Source: Chloroflexota bacterium
Lineage (GTDB): Bacteria; Chloroflexota; UBA11872; VXOZ01
DNA: 64,000 nucleotides
Direction: 5' to 3'
Assembly (NCBI GenBank): GCA_958295775.1
Contig: CATQHC010000002.1
Location: 889,830-953,829, forward strand
Shown one piece after another: positions 33,205 through 42,658 of the stretch. Both the position numbers and the translations under genes were made by a program. Below the pieces are notes generated by a model. That model saw nothing but the letters and a program-made list of their open reading frames with translations. It did no database searches and was not told where the DNA came from. Positions within the stretch are counted from its first letter, which is position 1, and each line of letters begins with the position of its first letter.

Positions 33205-34971
33205 ATGGCTGGCACAAACACATTCGATCCGATTACTTTCGAGGTCGTCCGCCACGCGCTCACAGAAGCCACCGAGGAAATGGCCGTCGCCCTCCGACGC
33301 AGCGCCTATTCAACCAACATCAAGACCCGCGCCGACTTCTCCTGCGCCTTCTTCGACCGCGACTTGAATGTCGTCGCCCAGGCCTTCTGCCAAGCCGTGC
33401 ACCTGGGCTCGCTCGTGCACTTGGTGCCGATCGCCGTGCGCGCCTACGGGCCGGAGAACCTGGGACCTGGCGATGCCATTCTCTGCAACGATCCCTATCT
33501 TGGCGGCGTGCACCTCAACGACATTAGCCTGATTTCCCCGGTTTACTGCGACGGCGAGCTTTTCGGCTACGTGGCAAACATGGCGCACCACGTGGACGTG
33601 GGCGGCGGCGCGCCGGCCAGTGTCGGCGCCTTTCGCGAGGTCTATCAGGAAGGCATCATCATCCCGCCGGTCAAGCTGGTCGCGTCCGGCGAGATAGTTG
33701 AGGACGTATTTCGACTCATCCTGGGACAGATCCGCTCCAAACGTGAGACTGCCGGTGACTTTCGCGCCCAGATGGCCGCCAATACGACCGGCGCCCGCCG
33801 GCTGGCCGAGCTTACGCAGCAGACCAGCCTATCCACAGTTAACCGGTACATTGAGGAACTGATGGCCTACGCAGAACGGCGCACCCGCGCCGAAATCGCG
33901 AAGTTGCCACAGGGCGAGTTCATGGCCGACGGCTACGTGGACAACGACGGCTATACCGATGAACCGGTGCACTTGGCAGCTAAGATACGCATTGACGATG
34001 ACGGCGTCCTCTTCGATCTCAACGGCTGCGATCCACAGCGGCGCGCGCCGGTGAATTCAACCTTTGCGCAGACCTTTTCCGCCTGCGCCTATAATCTCAA
34101 GTGCTTGATCGATCCCGACATTCCACCGAATCAGGGGTTCTACCGCATGGTGCGCATAGATGCCCCTAAAGGGACCGTCGTTAACTGCGTACCGCCGGCG
34201 CCGGTGGTAGGAGGGTGGGAAACCCACGCGCGGCTGAATGACGTAATCTTCAAGGCGCTCGCGCCCGCGCTGCCGGAACGCACGCCCGCGGGAGGCAAGG
34301 CGATGCAGTGCCACGCCGGGTTCGGCGGCATCGATCCCCGCAATGGCGAATACTATTGCTTCCTGGAAACGCTCGCGGGGGGTTACGGGGGACGGGCCCA
34401 CAGTGACGGCCCCGACGCCGTGCAGACCCACGGTCAAAACACCGAGAATGCGCCGATCGAAGAGACGGAACGGTATTACCCGGTGCGCATCCTCCGCTAC
34501 GAATTGGTAGACGACTCTGAAGGGCCGGGGACGTTTCGCGGCGGACTTGGCCTGCGGCGCGACTACGTCTTTCTCGACCATGAAGTTACCTTTACCGTGC
34601 TTGCCGATAGAGACAAAGCGGGACCCTGGGGTCTCTTTGGCGGAGAGTCCGGCCGTCCGGCCTTCTATCTCCACACACACGACGGTGAAACCGAGAAACT
34701 GAGTTCGAAAACTACGATTGACGTGCGTCCCGGCGAGGTTATCAGCTACGAGACGTGCGGCGGCGGTGGCTTCGGCCCGCCGATGCTTCGCGACCCGCAG
34801 CGGGTGCTCGCTGACGTGCGTCAAGGGAAGGTTAGTGTGGAGCGCGCCCGCTCAGCATACGGCGTAGCCATAGACCCCGAGCGATGGCAAGTCGATAGGA
34901 TCGCCACCGACGCACTGCGCACTGCCATGCACGCTGATAATACTCTCGGCGACAGTGGTGGAACGGGGTGA
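33205..34971 (+). CDS. hyuB: Hydantoinase B / oxoprolinase-family protein
   Basis: ITFEVVRHALTEATEEMAVALRRSAYSTNIKTRADFSCAFFD is a typical HyuB N-terminus. 4-nt overlap with the downstream hyuA. Confidence 0.85.
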   Translation: MAGTNTFDPITFEVVRHALTEATEEMAVALRRSAYSTNIKTRADFSCAFFDRDLNVVAQAFCQAVHLGSLVHLVPIAVRAYGPENLGPGDAILCNDPYLGGVHLNDISLISPVYCDGELFGYVANMAHHVDVGGGAPASVGAFREVYQEGIIIPPVKLVASGEIVEDVFRLILGQIRSKRETAGDFRAQMAANTTGARRLAELTQQTSLSTVNRYIEELMAYAERRTRAEIAKLPQGEFMADGYVDNDGYTDEPVHLAAKIRIDDDGVLFDLNGCDPQRRAPVNSTFAQTFSACAYNLKCLIDPDIPPNQGFYRMVRIDAPKGTVVNCVPPAPVVGGWETHARLNDVIFKALAPALPERTPAGGKAMQCHAGFGGIDPRNGEYYCFLETLAGGYGGRAHSDGPDAVQTHGQNTENAPIEETERYYPVRILRYELVDDSEGPGTFRGGLGLRRDYVFLDHEVTFTVLADRDKAGPWGLFGGESGRPAFYLHTHDGETEKLSSKTTIDVRPGEVISYETCGGGGFGPPMLRDPQRVLADVRQGKVSVERARSAYGVAIDPERWQVDRIATDALRTAMHADNTLGDSGGTG

Positions 34972-37091
34972 GCGTAGTGAGTGTGTCAAGATTTCGGCTC
35001 GGCGTAGACATCGGCGGCACCTTCACCGACGCCACGCTCGTGGACGAAAACACGGGACAGCTTTGGAACGCCAAAGTCTCTTCAACGCCGGACGACCCCG
35101 CGCAAGGCTTCCTTACGGTTAGCCGCCACATCCTCGACCAAGCCGAGTTGGCGCCGGAATTGTTGCGCTACGTTGTCCACGCCACCACCGTGGCGACGAA
35201 TGCCATCATCGAAGGCAAAGTGGCGCCCACGGTACTCATTACGACGGAGGGCTTCCGCGACATCCTGGAGATTGCCCGCCAGATTCGTCCGTCGCTGTAC
35301 GACGTGCTCTTTGAGAAACCTACGCCTCTTGTGCCACGTGACCGGTGTTTTGGCGTGCGCGAGCGCTTGGACGCCACCGGCACGGTGGTTGTTCCCCTAG
35401 ATGAAGAAGCCATTCCTCAGATTGCAGCCATTGTGCGGGAGGCGGAGATTGAGTCCGTCGCCGTTTGTTTTCTGCATTCGTACTTGAATCCGGAGCACGA
35501 GCAACAAGCCGGAGAGATCCTGCGCGCGCATGCCCCGGACATAGCCATCTCGCTTTCGTCTGAGGTCGCGCCGGAAATCCGCGAGTATTTTCGCGCGAGC
35601 ACCACAGTCATCAATGCCGCGTTGCGGCCGATAGTTTCCAGATATCTTGAAAACATCGAAACGCGCCTGCGCGCGCAAGGTATTCGCTCCGAACTGCTGG
35701 TGATGCAAAGCAGCGGCGGCCTCATGACGTTTGCCGACGCGCGCTCCCGACCCGTCTTCATGGTAGAGTCCGGCCCCGCCGCGGGTGTGATCACGGCGGC
35801 GCATTTGGGCGAGGCATTGGGCTACGCAAACGTCATCTCTTTTGATATGGGCGGCACCACGGCGAAAGTTGGGCTCGTGCAAGACGGTACGCCGCGGATC
35901 ACCAAAGACTACGAGGTCGGTTCCGTGGCCCAGCCCGGCAGCGGCGGCTTTCGCGCGGGCGGCTATCCCATCCGCACTCCCGTTATCGATCTGGTGGAGA
36001 TTGGCGCGGGCGGCGGTTCCATCGCGTGGGTTGACCCCGGCGGCATCCTGCGCGTCGGCCCCCAAAGCGCGGGCGCGGACCCCGGCCCGGCTTGCTACGG
36101 TCAAGGGGGCTCTGAGCCGACCGTCACCGATGCCAACTTGGTATTGGGCCGCCTCAATCCGGGCTACCTGCTTGGCGGCGACCTGAAGCTGGATGGCAAG
36201 CTCGCTCACGCAGCAATCGAGCGCACCATCGCCAAGCCCTTGGGTTTGGACGTGGTGAGAGCCGCCCACAGCATTGTAGAAATCGCCAACGTAGCGATGA
36301 TCAACGCGCTGCGTCTTGTTTCGGTGCAACGCGGCCACGATCCCCGCGACTTTGCGCTCACCGCTTTTGGCGGGGCCGGGCCGCTCCATGCCAACCGCTT
36401 GGCCCAGGAGATGAACATTCCCGTGACCGTCATACCTACCAGCCCCGGCACGGCCTCGGCGCTGGGTCTCCTGGTCACAGACATCACCTATGACTACGCG
36501 ACCACGTTAATTGAGAGAGTCGATCTGGTTGATCCGAAGGAAGTGGCGGCCGTATTTGCGGACCTGCGGCAGCAAGGCACGGCAGCCCTGACCGCTGCGG
36601 GTGTAGCGTCGTCCGACATGGCTTTCGTTCAGCAACTGGACTTGCGCTACGTCGGCCAGAGCTATGAACTTACGTTGCCATATGCGGGTGGCGAGACGGC
36701 CGGTTTTGACCTGGACGACCTCCTAGCTCAATTCCATAGTGAGCACAATCGGGTGTACGGCCACAGTGTTCACGGCGAGCCGGTCGAGACCGTAAACCTG
36801 AGGCTTACAGCTCTCGGGGAAATCGTAAAGCCGCCGCTGCTGGAAAGAGACACCGCAATGCACGCCTTGCAAGCGGCACAACTTGGCAGCCGTCCGGTCT
36901 TCTTTGGCGAAGCCGATGGCTTCGTAGAGTGTCCTGTGTTTGATCGGTATCGACTTGGCGCAGACATGGAGCTGTTGGGCCCTGCAATTGTGGAAGAATA
37001 CGATTCTACGACCGTAATTCATCCTGGATACTACGCATCGGTCGATCAATACGGTACACTGCTACTTATCAAGCAATTTGGCCTTCCCTGA
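34968..37091 (+). CDS. hyuA: Hydantoinase A / oxoprolinase-family protein
   Basis: LGVDIGGTFTDATLVDENTG is the HyuA/acetone-carboxylase ATPase N-terminus. 707 aa. Confidence 0.85.
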   Translation: MSVVSVSRFRLGVDIGGTFTDATLVDENTGQLWNAKVSSTPDDPAQGFLTVSRHILDQAELAPELLRYVVHATTVATNAIIEGKVAPTVLITTEGFRDILEIARQIRPSLYDVLFEKPTPLVPRDRCFGVRERLDATGTVVVPLDEEAIPQIAAIVREAEIESVAVCFLHSYLNPEHEQQAGEILRAHAPDIAISLSSEVAPEIREYFRASTTVINAALRPIVSRYLENIETRLRAQGIRSELLVMQSSGGLMTFADARSRPVFMVESGPAAGVITAAHLGEALGYANVISFDMGGTTAKVGLVQDGTPRITKDYEVGSVAQPGSGGFRAGGYPIRTPVIDLVEIGAGGGSIAWVDPGGILRVGPQSAGADPGPACYGQGGSEPTVTDANLVLGRLNPGYLLGGDLKLDGKLAHAAIERTIAKPLGLDVVRAAHSIVEIANVAMINALRLVSVQRGHDPRDFALTAFGGAGPLHANRLAQEMNIPVTVIPTSPGTASALGLLVTDITYDYATTLIERVDLVDPKEVAAVFADLRQQGTAALTAAGVASSDMAFVQQLDLRYVGQSYELTLPYAGGETAGFDLDDLLAQFHSEHNRVYGHSVHGEPVETVNLRLTALGEIVKPPLLERDTAMHALQAAQLGSRPVFFGEADGFVECPVFDRYRLGADMELLGPAIVEEYDSTTVIHPGYYASVDQYGTLLLIKQFGLP

Positions 37092-37110
37092 AACCGAGGA
37101 ATGACAAGAG

Positions 37111-37467
37111 ATGGCAGTGTTGGATACCCATAAGGCATTTGAGCACCTTAGAGCTGCCGGCTATAGCAAAGAGATGGCTGAAGCCTTGCTGGATACCCTA
37201 GGAAATTCGCAAGACACCCTGGCGACTACAACCGACCTGCACGAACTAGCGCAAGCCACTAAAGTCGACCTGCGCAATCTGGAGCGAGCAATCGAATCCC
37301 TAGAGCAGGCTGTAAATGAGATGGCAAGCAAGGCCGAACTGCGAGAAATGGAACGCTCGATCAGAGCCTCTATGCGCGAACTGGAATTGCGCATGACCGT
37401 TAAAGTCGGCGCTATGCTGTTCGCGGTGGCGGGCTTGCTTGTAGCGCTCGAATTAATCCCGAGCTAG
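37111..37467 (+). CDS. DUF1640-like coiled-coil protein with C-terminal TM helix
   Basis: MAVLDTHKAFEHLRAAGYSKEMAEALLDTL then a coiled coil then a TM segment AMLFAVAGLLVALELI. Confidence 0.55.
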   Translation: MAVLDTHKAFEHLRAAGYSKEMAEALLDTLGNSQDTLATTTDLHELAQATKVDLRNLERAIESLEQAVNEMASKAELREMERSIRASMRELELRMTVKVGAMLFAVAGLLVALELIPS

Positions 37468-37501
37468 ACCGCAAATGAGAGCTTGGTAAAAGAGGTGCCC
37501 A

Positions 37502-38680
37502 ATGGCCGAGACCGCTGATGTTGTCGTGATTGGTGGCGGGAGCACTGGCACCAGCATTGCCTGGCAACTGGCACGAATGGGCGCCGGGCGTGTGGTCTTG
37601 CTCGAGAGGCGCGGTCTCGCGGCGCAAGCCACGGGCGTTACCGCGGGGATCGTGCGCACGCACTATACTCACGAAACGCTGGCGCGAATGGCCCTGCGTG
37701 CACGCCAGGTATTCGGGAATTTCGACGACGAAGTCGGCGGCGCTGCCGGCTTTCGGCAGACCGGCTTTCTGGCGCTGCTGGGACCGGACGACGTGGAAAC
37801 GGTGGCAGCCAATGTGGCCATGCACCGGGAACTAGGCATCAATACCTATATCCTCTCCTCTGACGAAATTCGGGAGGTAGAGCCGCGGCTGGCGTTATTT
37901 GGCATTGGCGCCGCCGCGTGGGAGCCGGAATCGGGGTACGCCGATCCGGTGCGCACCGCCTTCAGCTTTGCGAACGCGGCCCGACGGCACGGCGCGGAAC
38001 TCCGTATTGGCGTTGGCGCAGACCGGCTGGATGCCGATGCGAGCGGTATTGTTGGCCTTGAGACCAACGCCGGCTACTTTTCCACCCGCTCAATCGTCGT
38101 CGCCAATGGTTACTCCTCACGCAACTTGGTAGCTTCGCTCGGTATCGAACTGCCGCTCACGCCGATCCGGCACGCGGTGGCATTCATGCAACGCGCCGAG
38201 CACTTCGGCAAACCTCACCCCATCATCTCTGACCGCGTAGCAGGCAGCTACTACCGACCCCGTGAGGATGGGCAAACTATGGTGGGCAAGACAGCGCCCT
38301 ACGATGGCGAGGAAGATGGGGACGCCGACGCGTGGCCGGCGCCGCGGCCGGAAGTGCTCCAAACCCTTGCCGACCGCTATCGACGGCGTTTCCCAAACCA
38401 AGGTGCACCCGCGGTGAACTACGCGACGTCGGGTCTCTACGACTGTTCGCCGGACCTTCAGCCGCTCATTGGGCCTGTGCCGGCGGTGGCAGGGCTGCAT
38501 CTGGCCGTGGGCCTGAGCGGTCACGGTTTCAAACTCAGTCCCGTCTTCAGCCAAATGCTGGCGGAGCAGATGCTGACGGGTAGCAGCAAGGACTTTGATA
38601 TCACCATGTTCAGTCCGGCGCGATTCATTGAAGAGCGCCCCATCGTGCCGCACCACGCTTACTCCATCTCTACACTCTAG
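37502..38680 (+). CDS. FAD-dependent oxidoreductase (DAO family; sarcosine/glycine oxidase-like)
   Basis: ADVVVIGGGSTGTSIAWQLA Rossmann dinucleotide motif. Length and HGFK motif typical of the DAO family. Confidence 0.8.
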   Translation: MAETADVVVIGGGSTGTSIAWQLARMGAGRVVLLERRGLAAQATGVTAGIVRTHYTHETLARMALRARQVFGNFDDEVGGAAGFRQTGFLALLGPDDVETVAANVAMHRELGINTYILSSDEIREVEPRLALFGIGAAAWEPESGYADPVRTAFSFANAARRHGAELRIGVGADRLDADASGIVGLETNAGYFSTRSIVVANGYSSRNLVASLGIELPLTPIRHAVAFMQRAEHFGKPHPIISDRVAGSYYRPREDGQTMVGKTAPYDGEEDGDADAWPAPRPEVLQTLADRYRRRFPNQGAPAVNYATSGLYDCSPDLQPLIGPVPAVAGLHLAVGLSGHGFKLSPVFSQMLAEQMLTGSSKDFDITMFSPARFIEERPIVPHHAYSISTL

Positions 38681-38875
38681 CCAGGCAGGCATGCAGGCAA
38701 GGTGGGTGACAGAAAAAGCATAGTCCTAATCGGAGCAACGAGCGGGCAAGCAAGTGTGAAAGGAGGGCATTGAAGTGAACTATCAAGCGCCCGCGAGAGA
38801 CCAAGAGTGATGAAGTCTGAGTGTGCCGCATTGCAACTCGGCGCACGTAAAGGAGACCATGGGAGGTCACGAGCA

Positions 38876-40249
38876 ATGTCTATGGGCAATGGATTTACCA
38901 CACGACGCCGTTTCCTGGTCGGAGTAGCCGGTCTATCGGCCGCCGCCATCGCCGCAGCCTGCGGAACCGTGCCGGTCTCGGATAGCGGCGAGATGATGGA
39001 AGAGAAGGAAGCGCCCAAGGAAGCGGAGGCGCCACAGGCCGAAGTCGTTGAAGTGGTATGGGCCTGCTACGACCTGCAGGAGCATCGCAATAAGACCCTG
39101 CGAGAGATGGCAGAAGTCTGCAACAACACCTTGGAAAACCGCGTCACCAAACTCGAGATCGTCACCGAGAACTTCCTGGAGAAGATCCGCACCGAGTTCG
39201 TCGCCGGCACAACCACCTACGACATCGTCGTAAACCAGATCAACTGGGTGCAGGCCGGCGCGCGCACGGGCATGTTTTTGCCTATCAGCGACTACATGAA
39301 GCGCGACGGCGTATCACGTGATGACTACCTTGACTCCTCTTCCTGGGATGTCAACGGCATCATGTACGGCCTGGCATTCCTCGGCGGCGGCGACGCCATT
39401 TATTATAACAAGGACCTCTTCGACAACGACGGCGTCCCCTATCCGGAGTTGGGCACGACCTACGAGCAACTGCTCGACGGCGCGGCAAAGATGACGAAGC
39501 GCACCGGCGATGAGACTACCCAATGGGGCTATAACTTCGGGTATTCCTCGCTGGAGGTCAACCTGGGCAGTTTCATCCTCGATTCCGGGGGACAGGTGCT
39601 CAACGAGGCCCGCGATATGGCCCTCTACGGTGAGGATCCAAACTCCATCGCAGGCGCCCAGCTCTATGTAGACATGATCCTCAAGCATCGGGTAGTGCCG
39701 TGGGGTGAAGAGCGGCAAGCGCTGCGCGAGGAAGGTGGCAGCGGCCGCCACATTGGCACCGGCAAAGTCGCCATGTCGCAGATTACGTTGATCCCGCTCA
39801 AGGGCGCGTACGAAGTACTCGGCGACCGGCTGGGCATTGCGCCGCTCGCAACCGGGCCGGCAGGCACCCGCAGCCCGGCCACCGGTAGCAACGCCTGGAG
39901 CATCATGTCGCTCACCGAAGTGCCTGATGCGGCCTGGGACGTGTTCTACGTCCTCTCTCAGAAGGAAGCGCAAGACCTTTACGCCGTGCATGCCCACCCC
40001 GGGCTCTTTGCCTCTGCCGACGTGTTCCTGGGCAACTACCCGGGTATGGACTGGAGCACCGTCCTGGACCATTGGCGAGACGGCGGACGCGACTTCTTCC
40101 TGACGCCGGAGACCGGAGAGTTCTGGAACACCGCGAACTCCAACCTCCAGCCCATGTACACGGGTGAGAGTACCGTGCAGGAGGCCATGAAGACGTCCGC
40201 CGATGCGGTGAACGTCCTCTTCTCCCAGCGGCCGGACGACTGGAATTAG
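38876..40249 (+). CDS. ABC transporter substrate-binding protein, family 1 (sugar type), Tat/lipoprotein signal; no adjacent permease genes
   Basis: TTRRRFLVGVAGLSAAAIAAAC signal. About 450-aa SBP1 architecture. The ORF-track start at 38807 is probably too far upstream. Confidence 0.78.
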   Translation: MSMGNGFTTRRRFLVGVAGLSAAAIAAACGTVPVSDSGEMMEEKEAPKEAEAPQAEVVEVVWACYDLQEHRNKTLREMAEVCNNTLENRVTKLEIVTENFLEKIRTEFVAGTTTYDIVVNQINWVQAGARTGMFLPISDYMKRDGVSRDDYLDSSSWDVNGIMYGLAFLGGGDAIYYNKDLFDNDGVPYPELGTTYEQLLDGAAKMTKRTGDETTQWGYNFGYSSLEVNLGSFILDSGGQVLNEARDMALYGEDPNSIAGAQLYVDMILKHRVVPWGEERQALREEGGSGRHIGTGKVAMSQITLIPLKGAYEVLGDRLGIAPLATGPAGTRSPATGSNAWSIMSLTEVPDAAWDVFYVLSQKEAQDLYAVHAHPGLFASADVFLGNYPGMDWSTVLDHWRDGGRDFFLTPETGEFWNTANSNLQPMYTGESTVQEAMKTSADAVNVLFSQRPDDWN

Positions 40250-40260
40250 CTTAGTCGGTA

Positions 40261-40286
40261 GCGGGGTGCGCCGAAACGCACCCCGC
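40261..40286 (+). terminator. Hairpin downstream of the SBP gene (10-bp GC stem; no T-tract follows)
   Basis: gcggggtgcg-ccgaaa-cgcaccccgc forms a perfect 10-bp stem, 12 nt after the TAG stop. Confidence 0.5.
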
Positions 40287-40334
40287 TATGACTTCTCGTG
40301 ACTTTCGTGAAACCCAACAGTGCTAACGTTTACT

Positions 40335-40440
40335 GTCATTCCGAGCGCAGCGAGGAATCTAGTGCGCCAAAGAGCGTGACCCGCGTTGCTTGGCATAGTC
40401 CAATCTCAGATGTTTTCCCGCTTTCGCGGGAATGACGGAG
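40335..40440. repeat. Pair of short palindromic intergenic repeat units (gtcattccgagcgcagcgaggaat ... ttcccgctttcgcgggaatgacggag) with inverted gtcattcc/ggaatgac ends
   Basis: Each unit is a small hairpin. The right-hand unit recurs with 1 mismatch at 54473-54499. Confidence 0.5.
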
Positions 40441-40595
40441 TAGTGTGACGCGGACTTTCTCTTTGTGGGCGGCCCAACTCTTCTTCGTTGGAGTCCCAGA
40501 ACCGCTCACGCGAAGAATCAACTTGAATTCAAGCTGCCAATCACACCTTGGGTTGAAAATCCTTACTTACTATTCTTTCTCACTGAGGCACCTAA

Positions 40596-41561
40596 ATGAC
40601 TGTCCGTGACCTCTACGAAGCCGCCATAGAACTTGGCATAGCCCTTGATCCGCGCAGCCGTGCGACACTTGATGCTGAACTCGCGCGGCGCAAAGTAGAG
40701 TTCGACGCGTTGCCAGACTGGAAGAAGCCCTACTTCGATCATGAACGGCTGCGAAATCCCTACGGCGACGTACGCATCGTCAACGGCCCGGAGGATGCCG
40801 AGGTATTCACCGCGCTTGCGGGCATTAACATCGGTACGGACGAGTTCCTCATCGCCGACCGTCTTAAAGAAAAGGGTGTGCCCCTCGACGCAATTATTGC
40901 CCACCACACCAGCGGCACCGGTATCGGTCGCTCGCATATCGACGACATCACGCTCATTAACATCGACATTTTTGTGCGGGAAGGCGTACCGCGCAAAGCA
41001 GCGGAGAAAGTGCTCCTGCCCTGGATCGACGAATGGCGCACGGGCTACGACGACATGCCCCACCGGATGGGACCGGACATGGCCCGGCTCTTTGAGATCC
41101 CTTTTGTTCAGATACACACGCCGCAGGATCTCTATATTGGCGTGGGTATCAAGCAGGCATTCGCTGAGCTGCAGCCGCAGACTCTGGCAGACGCTGAAGA
41201 GGCTCTGATGACAGTACCCGAATTCCAAGGCGCGGCGCGCCATGGCGCCTATTCCCAAATTCTCGCCGGTGAACCTGATACGCCGCTCGGTCGCTATCTG
41301 ATACAGGACGCCGGCGGGTGGCTCTGGCCGCCTGAGGCGCAACCGCTGTTTGCCAAGGCCGGCATCAACACCGTGCTGCAGATAGGGGCCTCCGCAGCGG
41401 TAGCCAAAGCGGCAGCGGAAGTGGGCGTTTCGGTGGTGCGCCTGCCCCACGCCGCCGCAGATAATCTGGGCATAAACCTCTTTTACGATGAAGTTGAACG
41501 CCGCTATGGGCCACTCAACATCATTCCGTGCAATTACTTCGAGCGTATCAGACACCCGTAG
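40596..41561 (+). CDS. Hypothetical protein (weak NIF3-like dinuclear-metal-centre resemblance)
   Basis: 321 aa, coding-like composition. AIIAHHTSGTG motif resembles the NIF3 HHP motif. Low-certainty assignment. Confidence 0.45.
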   Translation: MTVRDLYEAAIELGIALDPRSRATLDAELARRKVEFDALPDWKKPYFDHERLRNPYGDVRIVNGPEDAEVFTALAGINIGTDEFLIADRLKEKGVPLDAIIAHHTSGTGIGRSHIDDITLINIDIFVREGVPRKAAEKVLLPWIDEWRTGYDDMPHRMGPDMARLFEIPFVQIHTPQDLYIGVGIKQAFAELQPQTLADAEEALMTVPEFQGAARHGAYSQILAGEPDTPLGRYLIQDAGGWLWPPEAQPLFAKAGINTVLQIGASAAVAKAAAEVGVSVVRLPHAAADNLGINLFYDEVERRYGPLNIIPCNYFERIRHP

Positions 41562-41608
41562 TGCGTGAGCATTTCGAATGAAGCGACTCCCAGCAAAGGA
41601 GCAAGATT

Positions 41609-42649
41609 GTGCGCCGCGTAGAACTCTCCGGTTCTCCCTACGAAATGGGTTTTCAGCATGGCACCGCCTGTGCTGGGGCGGTCAATGCCGCAATCGAAAA
41701 GGTGGTCTTTGGGAGGCAAATCGACGCTTCTCATCGCGAGTATGTCGTCCGCCAGATGGAGCGCAACGTCTACCGGGTCTTCCCGGAAGCGCTCGAGGAG
41801 ATGCAGGGCATCGCAGACGGTGCGGGGCTCAATCGCGACGACATCCTGGCGTATGCGTCGTGCATGGAAGTCAGCCGCGCTACGCCCGGCTGTACCAATG
41901 TAGCCCTGCGCACGACCGATCACGGCGTCGTGCATTACAAGTCCAACGATGTTGGCAAAGACTCCATCGGCTCGTACATCTTCTGGGACATCCGGCCCGC
42001 AAAGGGCCATCCCTTCATTTGCGTCTCCGGACCGGGGGCGCCCTGGATGGGACCGGGTGTCAATGAAACCGGACTTTCCTTTGGCGGCAGCAGCATCATG
42101 AATACCGACCGGGACTGGGAAAGCGGCATCCCCACCAACTTGCTCCAACGCTACCTCTTGCAGTATTGCGCAGACGTTGATGAAGGCATCGCTCTCTGCG
42201 AAAGTACGCCGGTTATGAGCCATGGCATGAACATCATGCTCACCGACTCTTTTGAGAATGCCGTTGTGGTAGAACGTTCCGCAACTCGTATGGCGGTACG
42301 CCGGATGGAGAATGACGCGCTCTGGTGCGCGAACCACTACGTGACGGAGGAAGTGCTGCCAGTGGACGACCGGTCAAATGCCGACTTTCGCGCGAACAGC
42401 GAGGGCCGAACCAGTCTCCTCGCGACGCTCACCGCTGAAGAGGAATCCCACACCCTAGAGCAAGTAACGCGCATTGCCCGCACCCATGCCGACCCGGTCT
42501 CGCTCTGCCAACACGGACCGATGCACAGCGCCTTCGGCCTCATAGTTGTCTCTCGCGACCGCATGCTACTCGCAAGTGACGGCTATCCCTGTCAGAACGA
42601 CCTAGAGGTGTTCACCATGGACGTTTCCGCTACGACAGTTGGGAATTGA
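41609..42649 (+). CDS. C45-family peptidase / acyl-CoA:6-aminopenicillanic-acid acyltransferase-like Ntn hydrolase
   Basis: Candidate nucleophile Cys in TPGCTNVALRTTDHG, as in C45/AAT Ntn hydrolases. 346 aa. Confidence 0.65.
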   Translation: MRRVELSGSPYEMGFQHGTACAGAVNAAIEKVVFGRQIDASHREYVVRQMERNVYRVFPEALEEMQGIADGAGLNRDDILAYASCMEVSRATPGCTNVALRTTDHGVVHYKSNDVGKDSIGSYIFWDIRPAKGHPFICVSGPGAPWMGPGVNETGLSFGGSSIMNTDRDWESGIPTNLLQRYLLQYCADVDEGIALCESTPVMSHGMNIMLTDSFENAVVVERSATRMAVRRMENDALWCANHYVTEEVLPVDDRSNADFRANSEGRTSLLATLTAEEESHTLEQVTRIARTHADPVSLCQHGPMHSAFGLIVVSRDRMLLASDGYPCQNDLEVFTMDVSATTVGN

Positions 42650-42658
42650 GGGAAGACT

